The notes under the pieces: model-generated
Databases searched by the model: none
What the model was told of the DNA's origin: nothing
Seen by the model: only the letters and a program-made list of their open reading frames with translations
Program-made: the position numbers and the translations under genes
Assembly: GCA_963422735.1 (NCBI GenBank)
Contig: OY730476.1
Location: 4,160,001 to 4,224,000, forward strand
Direction: 5' to 3'
Source of the DNA: Candidatus Latescibacterota bacterium
Lineage (GTDB): Bacteria > Latescibacterota > UBA2968 > UBA8231
DNA: 64,000 nt
Part shown: positions 29,217 to 38,449 of the stretch, in pieces
How positions within the stretch are numbered: the first letter of the stretch is position 1
Layout: every line of letters starts with the position of its first letter

Positions 29217-30146
29217 ATGCAAACTACCATCTTAGGCCGCACCAACCTAACCGTCTCGCGCATGGGGCTAGGCACTGGCGGCCACAGCCGACTGGGGCGC
29301 CACACTGACCTAACCGACGCCCAATCCGCCGACCTCGTCCGCCGCGCCTTAGACCACGGCGTCAACTTTGTCGATACGGCCGAAGGCTATGGCACCGAAT
29401 CCATCGTCGGCCAAGCCCTACAGGGCCGCGACCGCACCTTTGTCATCCTCTCCACTAAAAAATCCACCCGCCACGAGCAGGTCACACCCGACATCTTGCG
29501 AGCCAGCCTCGACCAGAGTCTAAAGCGCCTACGCACCGACTATATCGACCTCTACAATCTTCACGGCGTCGTTCCCCAAGACTACCCCTATCTCGTCAAC
29601 GACATTTACCCTGCGCTGCAAAAGGCGCAGCAGCAGGGCAAAATACGCTTTGTCGGCCTCAGCGAGATGTTCAACGAAGACTTCGAACACTCCATGCTCC
29701 AGCAGGCCCTCGCCGACGACCTGTGGGATGTCCTGATGGTTGGCTTCAATCTGCTCAACCAGACCGCCCGTGCCAACGTCTTCGCGCAAGCCATCGCGCA
29801 AAATGTCGGCATCCAGATCATGTTCGCCGTTAGAAAGGCGCTTGGCCACCCCGACAACCTGCGCGCATTTACCGACGCGCTCGTCGAAGAGGGGCAGCTC
29901 GATCCTGCCGACCTCGACTTCTTTCCCGACTTCCTGTTGGCCGAGGCTCCGTCGCTACCCGACGCCGCCTACCGCTTTTGCCGCGACGAGCCCGGCGTCC
30001 ACGTCGTCCTTTCTGGCACGGGCAACGCCGATCACCTCGACGCCAACCTCGCGTCTTTCGCCCGTCCGCCGCTGACGCAAGAGACGCGCGACCGGCTCAT
30101 CCACATCTTCCGCCGCGTCAATTCCACCACAGGGCAAGCGTTGTAG
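29217..30146 (+). CDS. Aldo/keto reductase
   Basis: LGRTNLTVSRMGLG, FVDTAEGY and LRTDYIDLYNLH. Confidence 0.9.
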   Translation: MQTTILGRTNLTVSRMGLGTGGHSRLGRHTDLTDAQSADLVRRALDHGVNFVDTAEGYGTESIVGQALQGRDRTFVILSTKKSTRHEQVTPDILRASLDQSLKRLRTDYIDLYNLHGVVPQDYPYLVNDIYPALQKAQQQGKIRFVGLSEMFNEDFEHSMLQQALADDLWDVLMVGFNLLNQTARANVFAQAIAQNVGIQIMFAVRKALGHPDNLRAFTDALVEEGQLDPADLDFFPDFLLAEAPSLPDAAYRFCRDEPGVHVVLSGTGNADHLDANLASFARPPLTQETRDRLIHIFRRVNSTTGQAL

Positions 30147-30327
30147 CCCTTATCACCGGCCCTGGAATTGTCTCGCCTGCTGAGTCTTCGGCCCATGCCC
30201 GTTCGATAGCCGCAGAATCGGCCGCGTCTTCAAGCGCGGCGACCATGCGGCGGTACTCTTCAATTGGGACGACGGCGTATTCTGGCTCGCCGTCCTTCTC
30301 AACGATCTGCACATCCTGTTCGTTCAT
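30118..30327 (-). pseudogene. Antitoxin N-terminal part (Phd-like), C-terminal region truncated
   Basis: VQIVEKDGEPEYAVVPIEEYRRMVAALEDAAD; the ORF runs out into the convergent AKR gene. Confidence 0.6.
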
Positions 30328-30401
30328 CGGTACGCTCGTCCTCTCTGGTCAATCTTTGCCACCAGCAATACCTTTCGCTCGTCATTGAGAGAGTAGATCA
30401 T
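30324..30401 (-). pseudogene. C-terminal fragment of a RelE/ParE toxin
   Basis: MIYSLNDERKVLLVAKIDQRGRAYR*; its TGA overlaps the antitoxin ATG. Confidence 0.6.
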
Positions 30402-30536
30402 GGGGTTAATCCTCAGAAAAAGATGCGATTGGAATTTTATCGGCCCCGGCGCGCTCCGGCGTAACGACATCGCCTACGGAGGAGACGGGCAAAATGATAA
30501 GAAGCGATTGGCAAGACAATCATCGACCGCATCCGC

Positions 30537-31430
30537 TCAGCCCCACAACGCCCTGAGCCGAGGCAGCAAAATCTCCGCGTCGCGATCGGGAATATGGCCT
30601 TCCCAAACCCGGTTCTCCTCAGGCGTCGAGCGGTTGTAGGAATCCTGTAGCAAATCAGGCAGGCTGAGAGTGTGGAAGCGGGTCTTGAAAAAGCCATCGG
30701 CTGACAGCACAACGCTGCGATACCCCAAGGGAAAGCCGATCAGACAGGCTGTATCGACGACTAGGTAGTCGCGGTAGGCGGTGATGCGGTTGATGTGGCG
30801 GTGGCCGGTGAAGGCGGCGACGATAGCAGGGCTTTCGTCGAGCGTTTTGACCAGACGAGTCGCGCCTTCGACTAGGCCGCGGTCCCAGTCGAAGTCGGGC
30901 AGAATCCAAGTGTGGAGAACGAGCAGTAGGGCATAGCCATCGGCTCGGGCTTGAGCAGCGGCAACGCGCAGGGCCTCGTCGAGTGCGTTGCTCCAGACAC
31001 CGGCCCCTTTCTCAAAGACATCGCAGGCGTGGAACACGTTGGCCAGTGCCAGCCGCAGGCGTGGGGCAGCATCGACGACGATCAGCGGGTCGGGATAGGA
31101 AAAGCGGGCGGCGAAACCGGCGAAGGACCCGCTCTGGGCGTCGCAGTCGTGGTTGCCGGGTATTGAGTAGAAAGGGGCTTCAATCCGTGCGAAGGCCGTA
31201 GCCGCCTCGTCAATCGAGCGCAAATAGGTCTCGGTGGGCAGGTCGAAGGACGCCCCGCCGCAGAGAAAGTCGCCGCCGTGGACGACAAAGTCGAAATCCT
31301 GCGCGTTGAGGGCCGGGGGTATCGCGTTGAGCACCTCCTTACTGCGGGTGAGCATCTTGGGCGCACCGTAGTCTTCGGGGGCACCAGGGTAGTGGTGGGT
31401 ATCGGTGAGGAAGGCAAAGCGGACGGGCAT
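30537..31430 (-). CDS. Metallophosphoesterase (calcineurin-like)
   Basis: TDTH, GGDF, PGNHD, LH and FTGHRH; start MPVRFAF follows AAGGAG. Confidence 0.9.
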   Translation of the reverse strand: MPVRFAFLTDTHHYPGAPEDYGAPKMLTRSKEVLNAIPPALNAQDFDFVVHGGDFLCGGASFDLPTETYLRSIDEAATAFARIEAPFYSIPGNHDCDAQSGSFAGFAARFSYPDPLIVVDAAPRLRLALANVFHACDVFEKGAGVWSNALDEALRVAAAQARADGYALLLVLHTWILPDFDWDRGLVEGATRLVKTLDESPAIVAAFTGHRHINRITAYRDYLVVDTACLIGFPLGYRSVVLSADGFFKTRFHTLSLPDLLQDSYNRSTPEENRVWEGHIPDRDAEILLPRLRALWG

Positions 31431-31444
31431 GGAAACGGCTCCTT

Positions 31445-31717
31445 GTGCGGAGGATTTTCTTCGATCTATACGGCACGTTGTTGCGAACGGTCTTTGACCT
31501 TTGCCGCGAGGGGTGGGATGTCGTTCGTGTCTCAAACTTGATGCCGGACAACTCGCCCGATGAAGATAGTATCGAATTCGTGCGACGCCGAGGAATGCTC
31601 TTGTTAAATCGCCGACTCGGTATGACTTATATAGGAGAGGTAATCGAGGACGAATCTTCTGCACCTCGACAAACCCCCCGGCTTGGAGGCTTTTGCCGTC
31701 GGCAGCCAAACGCGTAA
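31445..31717 (+). pseudogene. Chimeric relic: HAD 5' end fused to a DUF5615/PIN-like fragment
   Basis: FFDLYGTLL has 24 nt identical to the HAD gene at 37595; it is followed by GWDVVRVSNLMPDNSPDEDSIEFVRRRGMLLL. Confidence 0.5.
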
Positions 31718-31744
31718 TTATATTCTCGCAGAGGCGATTAGCAA

Positions 31745-32256
31745 ATGTCCTATATAGACATCATTCCCCTAAAACGGGCCACCGGACTACTCAAAAAGCA
31801 GTGCGAAGCCGCCCTCGCTCGGGTCGGGCGCATTTGGGACATCGTCTCCATTATGAGTCTCAACCCCCGGGCCATGAAGGTTTCACTGGATTTTTACAAG
31901 ACCCTCATGTACGGCCCTTCGCCCCTGAGCGAGGCCAACGCAAGTTTCGGCCGAGAACCATTGCGTGTACTGAATACGCGCCCACGCCCTCCGGGCCGAG
32001 GTCGCTCGCGATTTTGCCGTTGAAGAAGGAACCCCGGCCGACCGTGCCCTATGCGCTTTCGCCGAAAAATTGACCCAGCGACCACAGGAGTCAACCGCTG
32101 AGGATATCGATCCATTGCGTCAGCACGGCTTTGTCCACGACGCCGTCCAGATCATCGGCTATTTCAACATATATTAATCGCGTGGCAGATGCCTTGGGCG
32201 TCGAGCCTGAATCCTTTATCCGACCTTGGGAAAAATCCGCGACTACTCCCGACTAG
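31745..32256 (+). pseudogene. AhpD/carboxymuconolactone decarboxylase-like peroxidase-related gene with CxxU, frameshifted
   Basis: IVSIMSLNP..LMYGPSPLS / VSAENHCVY-TGA-IRAHA..ALCAFAEKLT..VQIIGYFN / INRVADALGVEPE. Confidence 0.7.
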
Positions 32257-32406
32257 TCCAAAAAAGAAGCAACCCACAATGGCTCCTGTTAAACTAGTAG
32301 TCTTTATTCGTATTTTCCGGTGCTGATACCACGACTACCGGATCGACCTGTTGAACTAAGACGCCAAATACAGTTTGCGAAAAAACCGACATCCACGAGC
32401 CGGTCC

Positions 32407-33387
32407 GTGCCCCAAATCGTCGTTGAAAATCTAGTCAAAACCTACCGCATTGCCGAGCGCCGCCCCGGTCTTTGGGGTGCCTTCCGGGGCATTGTGCAGC
32501 GCTCGCACCGCACGATCCGGGCTTTGGACGGCATCTCTTTCTCGCTGGAAACCGGTGAACTGGTCGGCTATATCGGGCCAAACGGGGCGGGCAAGTCCAC
32601 CACGGTCAAAATTCTCTCCGGCATTGTCGTGCCCGATTCCGGGCGCTGCGAGGTCCAAGGCCGCGTCCCTTGGCAGGACCGCATTGCCCACGTCAGCCGC
32701 ATTGGCGTGGTCTTCGGCCAGCGCACCCAATTGTGGTGGGATTTGCCGGCCATTGAGTCCTTCGATCTGCTACGCGACATCTACAAAGTCCCCACCGCCG
32801 CCTACCGCCGCCGCCGCGACGCGCTCATCGCCATGTTGGAACTTTCTTCCTTCCTCGACGTGCCTGTGCGCCAGCTCAGCTTGGGCCAGCGCATGCGCTG
32901 CGATCTGGTGGCGGCCCTGCTCCACGGTCCGGGCTTGCTCTTTTTGGACGAGCCGACCATTGGCCTCGACGCCGTTTCCAAATTGGCGATGCGCGACTTC
33001 ATCAAAGAACTCAATCGCCAAGAGGATACCACCGTCATCCTGACCACCCACGACATGGACGATATCGAAGCCCTGTGCAACCGGGTCCTAGTCATCGGCG
33101 ACGGCACCATCCTCTCCGACGGCAGCCTCTCCGATTTGCGCGCCCGCGTCTCGTCCGAGCGCCGCCTCATCGTCGATCTGGTCGATGCCGCAGCGACCAT
33201 AGAAGACGAGGCCGCTCGCGTCGTGCAGCGCGACGGCCCCCGGGTGCATCTTAGCTTTGCCCCCGAATGCATTTCAGCCGCAGCCCTCATCAGTCGCATC
33301 ACCGCCCGCCACGAGGTGCGCGACCTCTTTGTGGAAAACCCGCCCATTGAGGAAGTGATCGCCCAACTCTACCGGGATCGCCCTTGA
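32407..33387 (+). CDS. ABC-2 type exporter ATP-binding protein
   Basis: [30 protein letters not shown] and [10 protein letters not shown]. Confidence 0.92.
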   Translation: MPQIVVENLVKTYRIAERRPGLWGAFRGIVQRSHRTIRALDGISFSLETGELVGYIGPNGAGKSTTVKILSGIVVPDSGRCEVQGRVPWQDRIAHVSRIGVVFGQRTQLWWDLPAIESFDLLRDIYKVPTAAYRRRRDALIAMLELSSFLDVPVRQLSLGQRMRCDLVAALLHGPGLLFLDEPTIGLDAVSKLAMRDFIKELNRQEDTTVILTTHDMDDIEALCNRVLVIGDGTILSDGSLSDLRARVSSERRLIVDLVDAAATIEDEAARVVQRDGPRVHLSFAPECISAAALISRITARHEVRDLFVENPPIEEVIAQLYRDRP

Positions 33388-34178
33388 TGCGGCCCTACCT
33401 GTCCGTCCTCAGCGCCCGCATCCGCATGTTGCTGCAGTACCGGGCTGCGGCCCTAGCCGGCATGAGTACGCAGCTATTTTGGGGACTCATTCGGGTGATG
33501 ATCTTCGAAGCGTTCTACCGCACTTCGACCCAAGCGCAGCCCATGACCTACGCCGAGGTGGTAAATTATGTCTGGCTTGGTCAGGCCCTGTTCGCCCTCT
33601 TGCCTTGGACTCCCGACAACGATGTGCGCACCATGGTACGCACAGGCACGGTGGCCTACGAGTTGGTGCGCCCCGTCGATTTGTACGCCTTTTGGTACAG
33701 CCGCGCCCTCGCCAACCGCATCGCCCCCACCCTGCTGCGTTCGGTGCCGCTGTTTTGTCTAGCCTTCCTCTTCTTCGGCCTGCAAGCTCCCGCCTCCCCG
33801 GCTGCGGCTGCGGCTTGGGCCTTGGCCACGGTGGGCGCTGTCCTGCTGGGCGGAGCTTTATCCAACTTGGTCAATGTCTCCTTGTTGTGGACCATTGCCG
33901 GAGAGGGTTCCATGCAAATACTGGCGGTGTGCATCTACGTCTTTTCGGGCATGGTGATCCCCTTGCCGCTGTTTCCCGACGCGTTCCAACCCATACTCGA
34001 CTTCATGCCTTTTCGCGGCTTGGCCGACACCCCTTTCCGCCTCTACATGGGGCACATTCCCGCGTCTCAAGTCTGGTCAGTGGTGGGGCATCAGCTTGCG
34101 TGGACGCTAGCACTTGTGGGGTTGGGCCGCTTCCTCCTCTATCACGGCACCCGCCGCTTGGTCGTCCAAGGAGGCTGA
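33384..34178 (+). CDS. ABC-2 family permease (DUF990-like)
   Basis: LQYRAA and [13 protein letters not shown]; ends VVQGG. Confidence 0.88.
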   Translation: MMRPYLSVLSARIRMLLQYRAAALAGMSTQLFWGLIRVMIFEAFYRTSTQAQPMTYAEVVNYVWLGQALFALLPWTPDNDVRTMVRTGTVAYELVRPVDLYAFWYSRALANRIAPTLLRSVPLFCLAFLFFGLQAPASPAAAAAWALATVGAVLLGGALSNLVNVSLLWTIAGEGSMQILAVCIYVFSGMVIPLPLFPDAFQPILDFMPFRGLADTPFRLYMGHIPASQVWSVVGHQLAWTLALVGLGRFLLYHGTRRLVVQGG

Positions 34179-34182
34179 AGTC

Positions 34183-34986
34183 GTGCTCGATGGACTGCGC
34201 CTGTACGGCCGCTATATCGGCATTTCCTTCCGCAGCCAAATGCAGTACCGGGCCTCTTTTGTCATGCTGTCGGTGGGCCACGGCGCGATGACCGGCTTGG
34301 AATTCTTGGGCATCTGGGTGCTCTTCGACCGCTTCGCCGCTCTCGACACTTGGAGTCTGCCCGAAGTGGCCTTTTTTTACGGCCTGATCAATATCGCCTT
34401 TGCCCTGTGCGACGCCTTCTCGCGCGGCTTTGACTTGTTCGCCTCCACGGTCAAAAGTGGCGACTTCGACCGCTTGCTGCTGCGCCCCCGCAGCACGGCC
34501 TTGCAATTGGCCGGCCAAGAATTGACCCTCAAGCGCATCGGCCGCCTCACCCAAGGCTTGGTCGTCCTGCTGTGGGCCTCACAGGCCCTAGAGCTAGCTT
34601 GGACGCCGGACAAGCTGCTCCTCGCCTTGCTCACCGTCCTCGGCGGCGCTTGCCTGTTTTACGGTCTCATAGTCCTGCAGGCGACGCTGGCTTTTTGGAC
34701 CACCGAGAGCTTGGAAATCGTCAATACCGTAACCTACGGCGGCGTGGAAACAGCGCAGTATCCATTGGCTATCTACCGCGCGTGGTTCCGCCGCTTTTTC
34801 ACGTACGTCATCCCCCTCGCCTGCGTAGGCTATTACCCGGCCTTGGGGATTCTGGAGCGCCCCGACCCTTTGGGTTCAGGCCCGTTATTCCAATGGCTGG
34901 CCCCGGTCGTGGGCCTGCTCTTTTTTGTAATCTGTCTGCGCGTCTGGCAAGTGGGCGTGCGGCACTACCGCTCTACGGGAAGCTAA
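34183..34986 (+). CDS. ABC-2 family permease (DUF990-like)
   Basis: QMQYRASF, GDFDRLLLRP and YPLAIY; ends YRSTGS. Confidence 0.88.
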   Translation: MLDGLRLYGRYIGISFRSQMQYRASFVMLSVGHGAMTGLEFLGIWVLFDRFAALDTWSLPEVAFFYGLINIAFALCDAFSRGFDLFASTVKSGDFDRLLLRPRSTALQLAGQELTLKRIGRLTQGLVVLLWASQALELAWTPDKLLLALLTVLGGACLFYGLIVLQATLAFWTTESLEIVNTVTYGGVETAQYPLAIYRAWFRRFFTYVIPLACVGYYPALGILERPDPLGSGPLFQWLAPVVGLLFFVICLRVWQVGVRHYRSTGS

Positions 34987-35031
34987 CGGAGTGCCCTATG
35001 GACATTGCCGCTAAGGCACTAACAGTCCGCC

Positions 35032-35060
35032 TTGCCCTTCGGCGTTTTATGGGATATACT
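35032..35060 (+). promoter_or_regulatory. Putative sigma70 promoter of mazEF
   Basis: TTGCCC-17 bp-TATACT; GGATATAC is repeated across the -10 region. Confidence 0.55.
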
Positions 35061-35089
35061 TTGGATATACATCACATCTTATATAGAGG

Positions 35090-35344
35090 TTGGCCAAGTT
35101 GAGTACGATACAGAAGTGGGGAAATAGCCAAGGGCTTAGGTTGGCGAAGGCGATTCTCCAAGAAGCGCAGCTAAATGTGGGCGACGAAGTGGATATTTCC
35201 ATCGAAAACGGGCGAATTATAATTGAGCCTACGACTAAAGTTCGCGGGAGATATGATTTGCAGGAGTTGCTGTCAAAGATGCCCAAAGAGTACCGAGTTG
35301 AAGAACTGGATTGGGGCGGACCTATTGGGAAAGAAGTCTGGTAA
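35090..35344 (+). CDS. mazE: AbrB/MazE antitoxin
   Basis: IQKWGNSQGLRL...YDLQELL...ELDWGGPIGKEVW. Confidence 0.92.
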   Translation: MAKLSTIQKWGNSQGLRLAKAILQEAQLNVGDEVDISIENGRIIIEPTTKVRGRYDLQELLSKMPKEYRVEELDWGGPIGKEVW

Positions 35345-35692
35345 ATGCCCCGTTATATTCCGCAGAAAGGGGACTTCGTGATTTTGACGTTTGATCCACA
35401 GGCGGGACACGAGCAAAAAGGGCGTCGCCCCGCATTGGTAATCAGCAACACGCTATTCAACAGGCACACCGGACTTGCTATGGTGTGCCCGATAACTAAG
35501 ACAAAAAGGAATATCCCCTTTCACGTGGAAGTTCCAAGCCAATCACCCCTTACAGGGTATATCATGGTCGAACAGATCAAATCCGTCGGTTACGCAAGCC
35601 GCAAAGTAAAGTTCGTTGGGAGAGCCTCTGGATCCATTCTCGACGAAGTTTTAAGCCTTCTAGACGCCTGCCTATACAATCCGGTCCAATAA
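35345..35692 (+). CDS. mazF: PemK/MazF toxin
   Basis: FDPQAGHEQKGRRPALVIS...CPIT. Confidence 0.93.
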   Translation: MPRYIPQKGDFVILTFDPQAGHEQKGRRPALVISNTLFNRHTGLAMVCPITKTKRNIPFHVEVPSQSPLTGYIMVEQIKSVGYASRKVKFVGRASGSILDEVLSLLDACLYNPVQ

Positions 35693-36738
35693 TGAGCCAG
35701 CCCAAACGCATCGCCCACGCCGATCTGGAACAATTCTTTCTCGACGCACTCGCAGCCGTAGAGGTGCCGCCGCACGTAGCTGCGGTCGAAGCCCAAGTCG
35801 GCGCTGAAGTGGACCTGCACGGCGGCCATACCCACGGCGTCGCCTTATTGCCCTCGGTGATCAATTATATCCGCCGGGGAGTTTTGACGCCCGATCCCCA
35901 CTTTGAAACCATTGTCGATTACCCAGCGTCCCGGCTGATCGACGCCGACGGCGGCATTGGCCGCTTCTCTTCGGCGCAGGGAATGGATTGGGCACTCGAA
36001 CGGGCACGGCAATACGGCGTGGGTACTTGCGTCGTCCGCAATGTCGGGCACTGGGGACGCGGGCATAGCTACGCTTTGCGGGCCGCCCGCGCCGGGCTAG
36101 TCGGCCTAGCCTTTACCAACGCGTTCGCCAACTTTCCTGCCTGGGGTACGCGCGTCCCTTCCCTAGGCAACAATCCCCTCGCCATTGGCATCCCCACAGC
36201 CGACAGCGAGCCTGTGGTCCTCGACTTGGCCATGACCCAATCCTCCATAAGCCGCGTGCGGCAGGCCGAAGCCGCCGGACGCAGCATTCCCGAAGGTTGG
36301 GGCCTAGACGAGCGCGGAAGGCCCACTACAGATCCGGGTGCTCTGCTGCAATCGTGGCGCTTTTTGCCCATGGGCCAGCACAAAGGCTCAGGACTAGCTT
36401 TTATGGTCGATCTGCTCACCGCTGGACTGGCCGGCAGCCTCCTCGCTTTTGAGCAGGGAACCGAGGGTCGGCCAACGGATTCGGCCGGCGGCTCCACCAA
36501 GTGCTTTATTGCCCTCAAGCCCTTTGGCGACTGGCTGCACGACCGCAACGCCGATCTAAAGGCCCATATTAAATCGGTGGAGGCAGCACCCGAGCAGGGC
36601 CTGGTGCAGTGGCCGGGCGAGGGCAGCTACCAGCGGCGCGCCGACTACCTAAAACACGGCATCGCCCTCGAAGCCACCTTGGCCGACCAAGTAGAAGAAC
36701 TGGCCCGCGATTTGGAGATACCAATCCGCTGGGCTTGA
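35692..36738 (+). CDS. Ldh_2 family (malate/L-lactate/ureidoglycolate-type) oxidoreductase
   Basis: THGV, RNVGHWG, LGNNPLA, LDLA, GQHKGSGLA and WPGE. Confidence 0.9.
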   Translation: MSQPKRIAHADLEQFFLDALAAVEVPPHVAAVEAQVGAEVDLHGGHTHGVALLPSVINYIRRGVLTPDPHFETIVDYPASRLIDADGGIGRFSSAQGMDWALERARQYGVGTCVVRNVGHWGRGHSYALRAARAGLVGLAFTNAFANFPAWGTRVPSLGNNPLAIGIPTADSEPVVLDLAMTQSSISRVRQAEAAGRSIPEGWGLDERGRPTTDPGALLQSWRFLPMGQHKGSGLAFMVDLLTAGLAGSLLAFEQGTEGRPTDSAGGSTKCFIALKPFGDWLHDRNADLKAHIKSVEAAPEQGLVQWPGEGSYQRRADYLKHGIALEATLADQVEELARDLEIPIRWA

Positions 36739-36847
36739 TATGGGGCACATTCTCGCGTCCCGAGTCTGGTCATCAGTTCGCGTGGACTCTGGCACTCCCC
36801 CTTACCGCCGCTCCCAACTAACCCAATAGCAAAAGGAGAAACCCGCC

Positions 36848-37483
36848 ATGGCTCCCGTTAAACTATTAGTATTCGTCGGCACGGAAGGCATCTACCACGA
36901 CCACGAAGGCCAGGGCCGCTACCTGACCGACCTGCTGAGCCAAGACGACCAGATCGAGGCCGATTTCTCGCGCGACTACGAGATTATGGCCAACGGCCTC
37001 AACGCGTATGACGCCACGCTCTTCTTCACGGATGTCGGCCACTTCACCCAAGCTCAGGAACAGGGGCTTTTGCGCTTTATCGAACGCGGCGGCGGCTTCT
37101 TTGGCCTACACACTGCGGACGCCTCCTTCCGAGACAACGCCGGCTACCACCAGATGCTCAACGGCTTTTTCGACGGCCACAGCCCGTACATGGATTTCAC
37201 TGTCACCATCTCCGACTCCGACGATCCCATTGCCGCAGGCCTCGAAGACTTTGCCGTAACCGATGAGTTGCACTATCTCAAGCACGACCCAAGCCGATCG
37301 CATCACCTCATGCACGCCTATGACCCTAACCGCGGCGAGACCCACGTCATGGCCTATCATCACACCTATGGTCAGGGCCGGGTGTTTTTCTTTGCCTTGG
37401 GCCACGATAAGGCGGTGCTGGAAAATCCCTCTTTCCAAGAAGTTGTGCGCCGAGGTGTCCTGTGGGTGGGCAAGAGGTTGTAA
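36848..37483 (+). CDS. ThuA domain protein
   Basis: YHDH, GGGFFGLH, DELHY and YGQGRVFFFALGH. Confidence 0.88.
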   Translation: MAPVKLLVFVGTEGIYHDHEGQGRYLTDLLSQDDQIEADFSRDYEIMANGLNAYDATLFFTDVGHFTQAQEQGLLRFIERGGGFFGLHTADASFRDNAGYHQMLNGFFDGHSPYMDFTVTISDSDDPIAAGLEDFAVTDELHYLKHDPSRSHHLMHAYDPNRGETHVMAYHHTYGQGRVFFFALGHDKAVLENPSFQEVVRRGVLWVGKRL

Positions 37484-37570
37484 TTATGCCGCGCAGACAC
37501 TATCTAATTGCGGGAATGCAGAGGATGCAGACAAGCTCCCGTCCTGAGAGCCGAATTAGAAAGACAGTCA

Positions 37571-38278
37571 ATGACTGAAATACGAGGAGTTTTTTTCGAT
37601 CTATACGGCACGTTGTTGTGCTATGGCGATATGGAGGCCGCAGGAGAAAGTTGGTTCCATTCCATACGCCGCGAGCTGATCGTTTGCGGCCGTGCGTTTG
37701 ATGAAGAAACATTGATCCGGGTATGTAAGGAATTCTTGATCCAACCCGAGCCGTCAGTACAGGACGACGGACTAACCGTGTACGAGCGTCGCATCCGCGA
37801 GTTGGGCTTAGAGCTAGGCTTGGAGTTGGAGTTGGAGGAATTGCGGTGGATCAGCGCGGCGAGCGTGGCGGCGTGGCACGCACACACGCCGCTCGACCCA
37901 GAGGCCAAAAGCGTACTGGGCGAGCTGCAAGGCCGCTGCAAGCTGGCGCTGATCTCCAACTTCGATCATCCGCCGCACGTCCATCGGTTGCTGGACGAGC
38001 TGGCGTTGCGTCCCTTTTTCGACGCGGTGGTCATCTCCGGCGATGTCGGCGTCAAAAAGCCCGACCCGGCGATATTCGTCCCGGCGCTGGAGCAGACCGG
38101 GTTGGTGGCTGACGAGGTGCTCTTCATCGGCGATTCTCCGGAAGACGACGTAGCGGGAGCCAAGGCTGCGGGGCTGCGGCCGGTGTTGATTCGGCGGTCA
38201 CTCGGCGCGGATGAACGGACGGAGGACGGGGTGCGAGTGGTCGCGGGGTTAGGGGAAGTGGTCGGGTTAGTTGGTTGA
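37571..38278 (+). CDS. HAD family hydrolase
   Basis: FDLYGTL, ISNFD, KKPDP and IGDSPEDDVAGA. Confidence 0.9.
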   Translation: MTEIRGVFFDLYGTLLCYGDMEAAGESWFHSIRRELIVCGRAFDEETLIRVCKEFLIQPEPSVQDDGLTVYERRIRELGLELGLELELEELRWISAASVAAWHAHTPLDPEAKSVLGELQGRCKLALISNFDHPPHVHRLLDELALRPFFDAVVISGDVGVKKPDPAIFVPALEQTGLVADEVLFIGDSPEDDVAGAKAAGLRPVLIRRSLGADERTEDGVRVVAGLGEVVGLVG

Positions 38279-38308
38279 GGAGCGCAGCAGTTGCGCTTTA
38301 TATCCTAA

Positions 38309-38435
38309 AAAGCTATCTGAAAATTCCGAGTGCGCCCCAGCGAGAGCGCATATACGCCGACTTTAGGCGGTGCAAACGTGGCGGCTCACCGCGCCTTTAG
38401 GCGCGACAGGCCGTTAGGGGTTTTCAGACAGCTTC
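38309..38435. mobile_element. Putative MITE with 15-bp terminal inverted repeats and TAA target duplication
   Basis: TAA|AAAGCTATCTGAAAA ... TTTTCAGACAGCTTC|TAA; a partial copy lies at 51910. Confidence 0.65.
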
Positions 38436-38449
38436 TAAAGAAAGGGAGC

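Noticed and set aside
37484-37570. MPRRHYLIAGMQR as a sulfotransferase 5' stub
   Set aside because: Too short, and it lacks the SGT part of the PAPS-binding motif.
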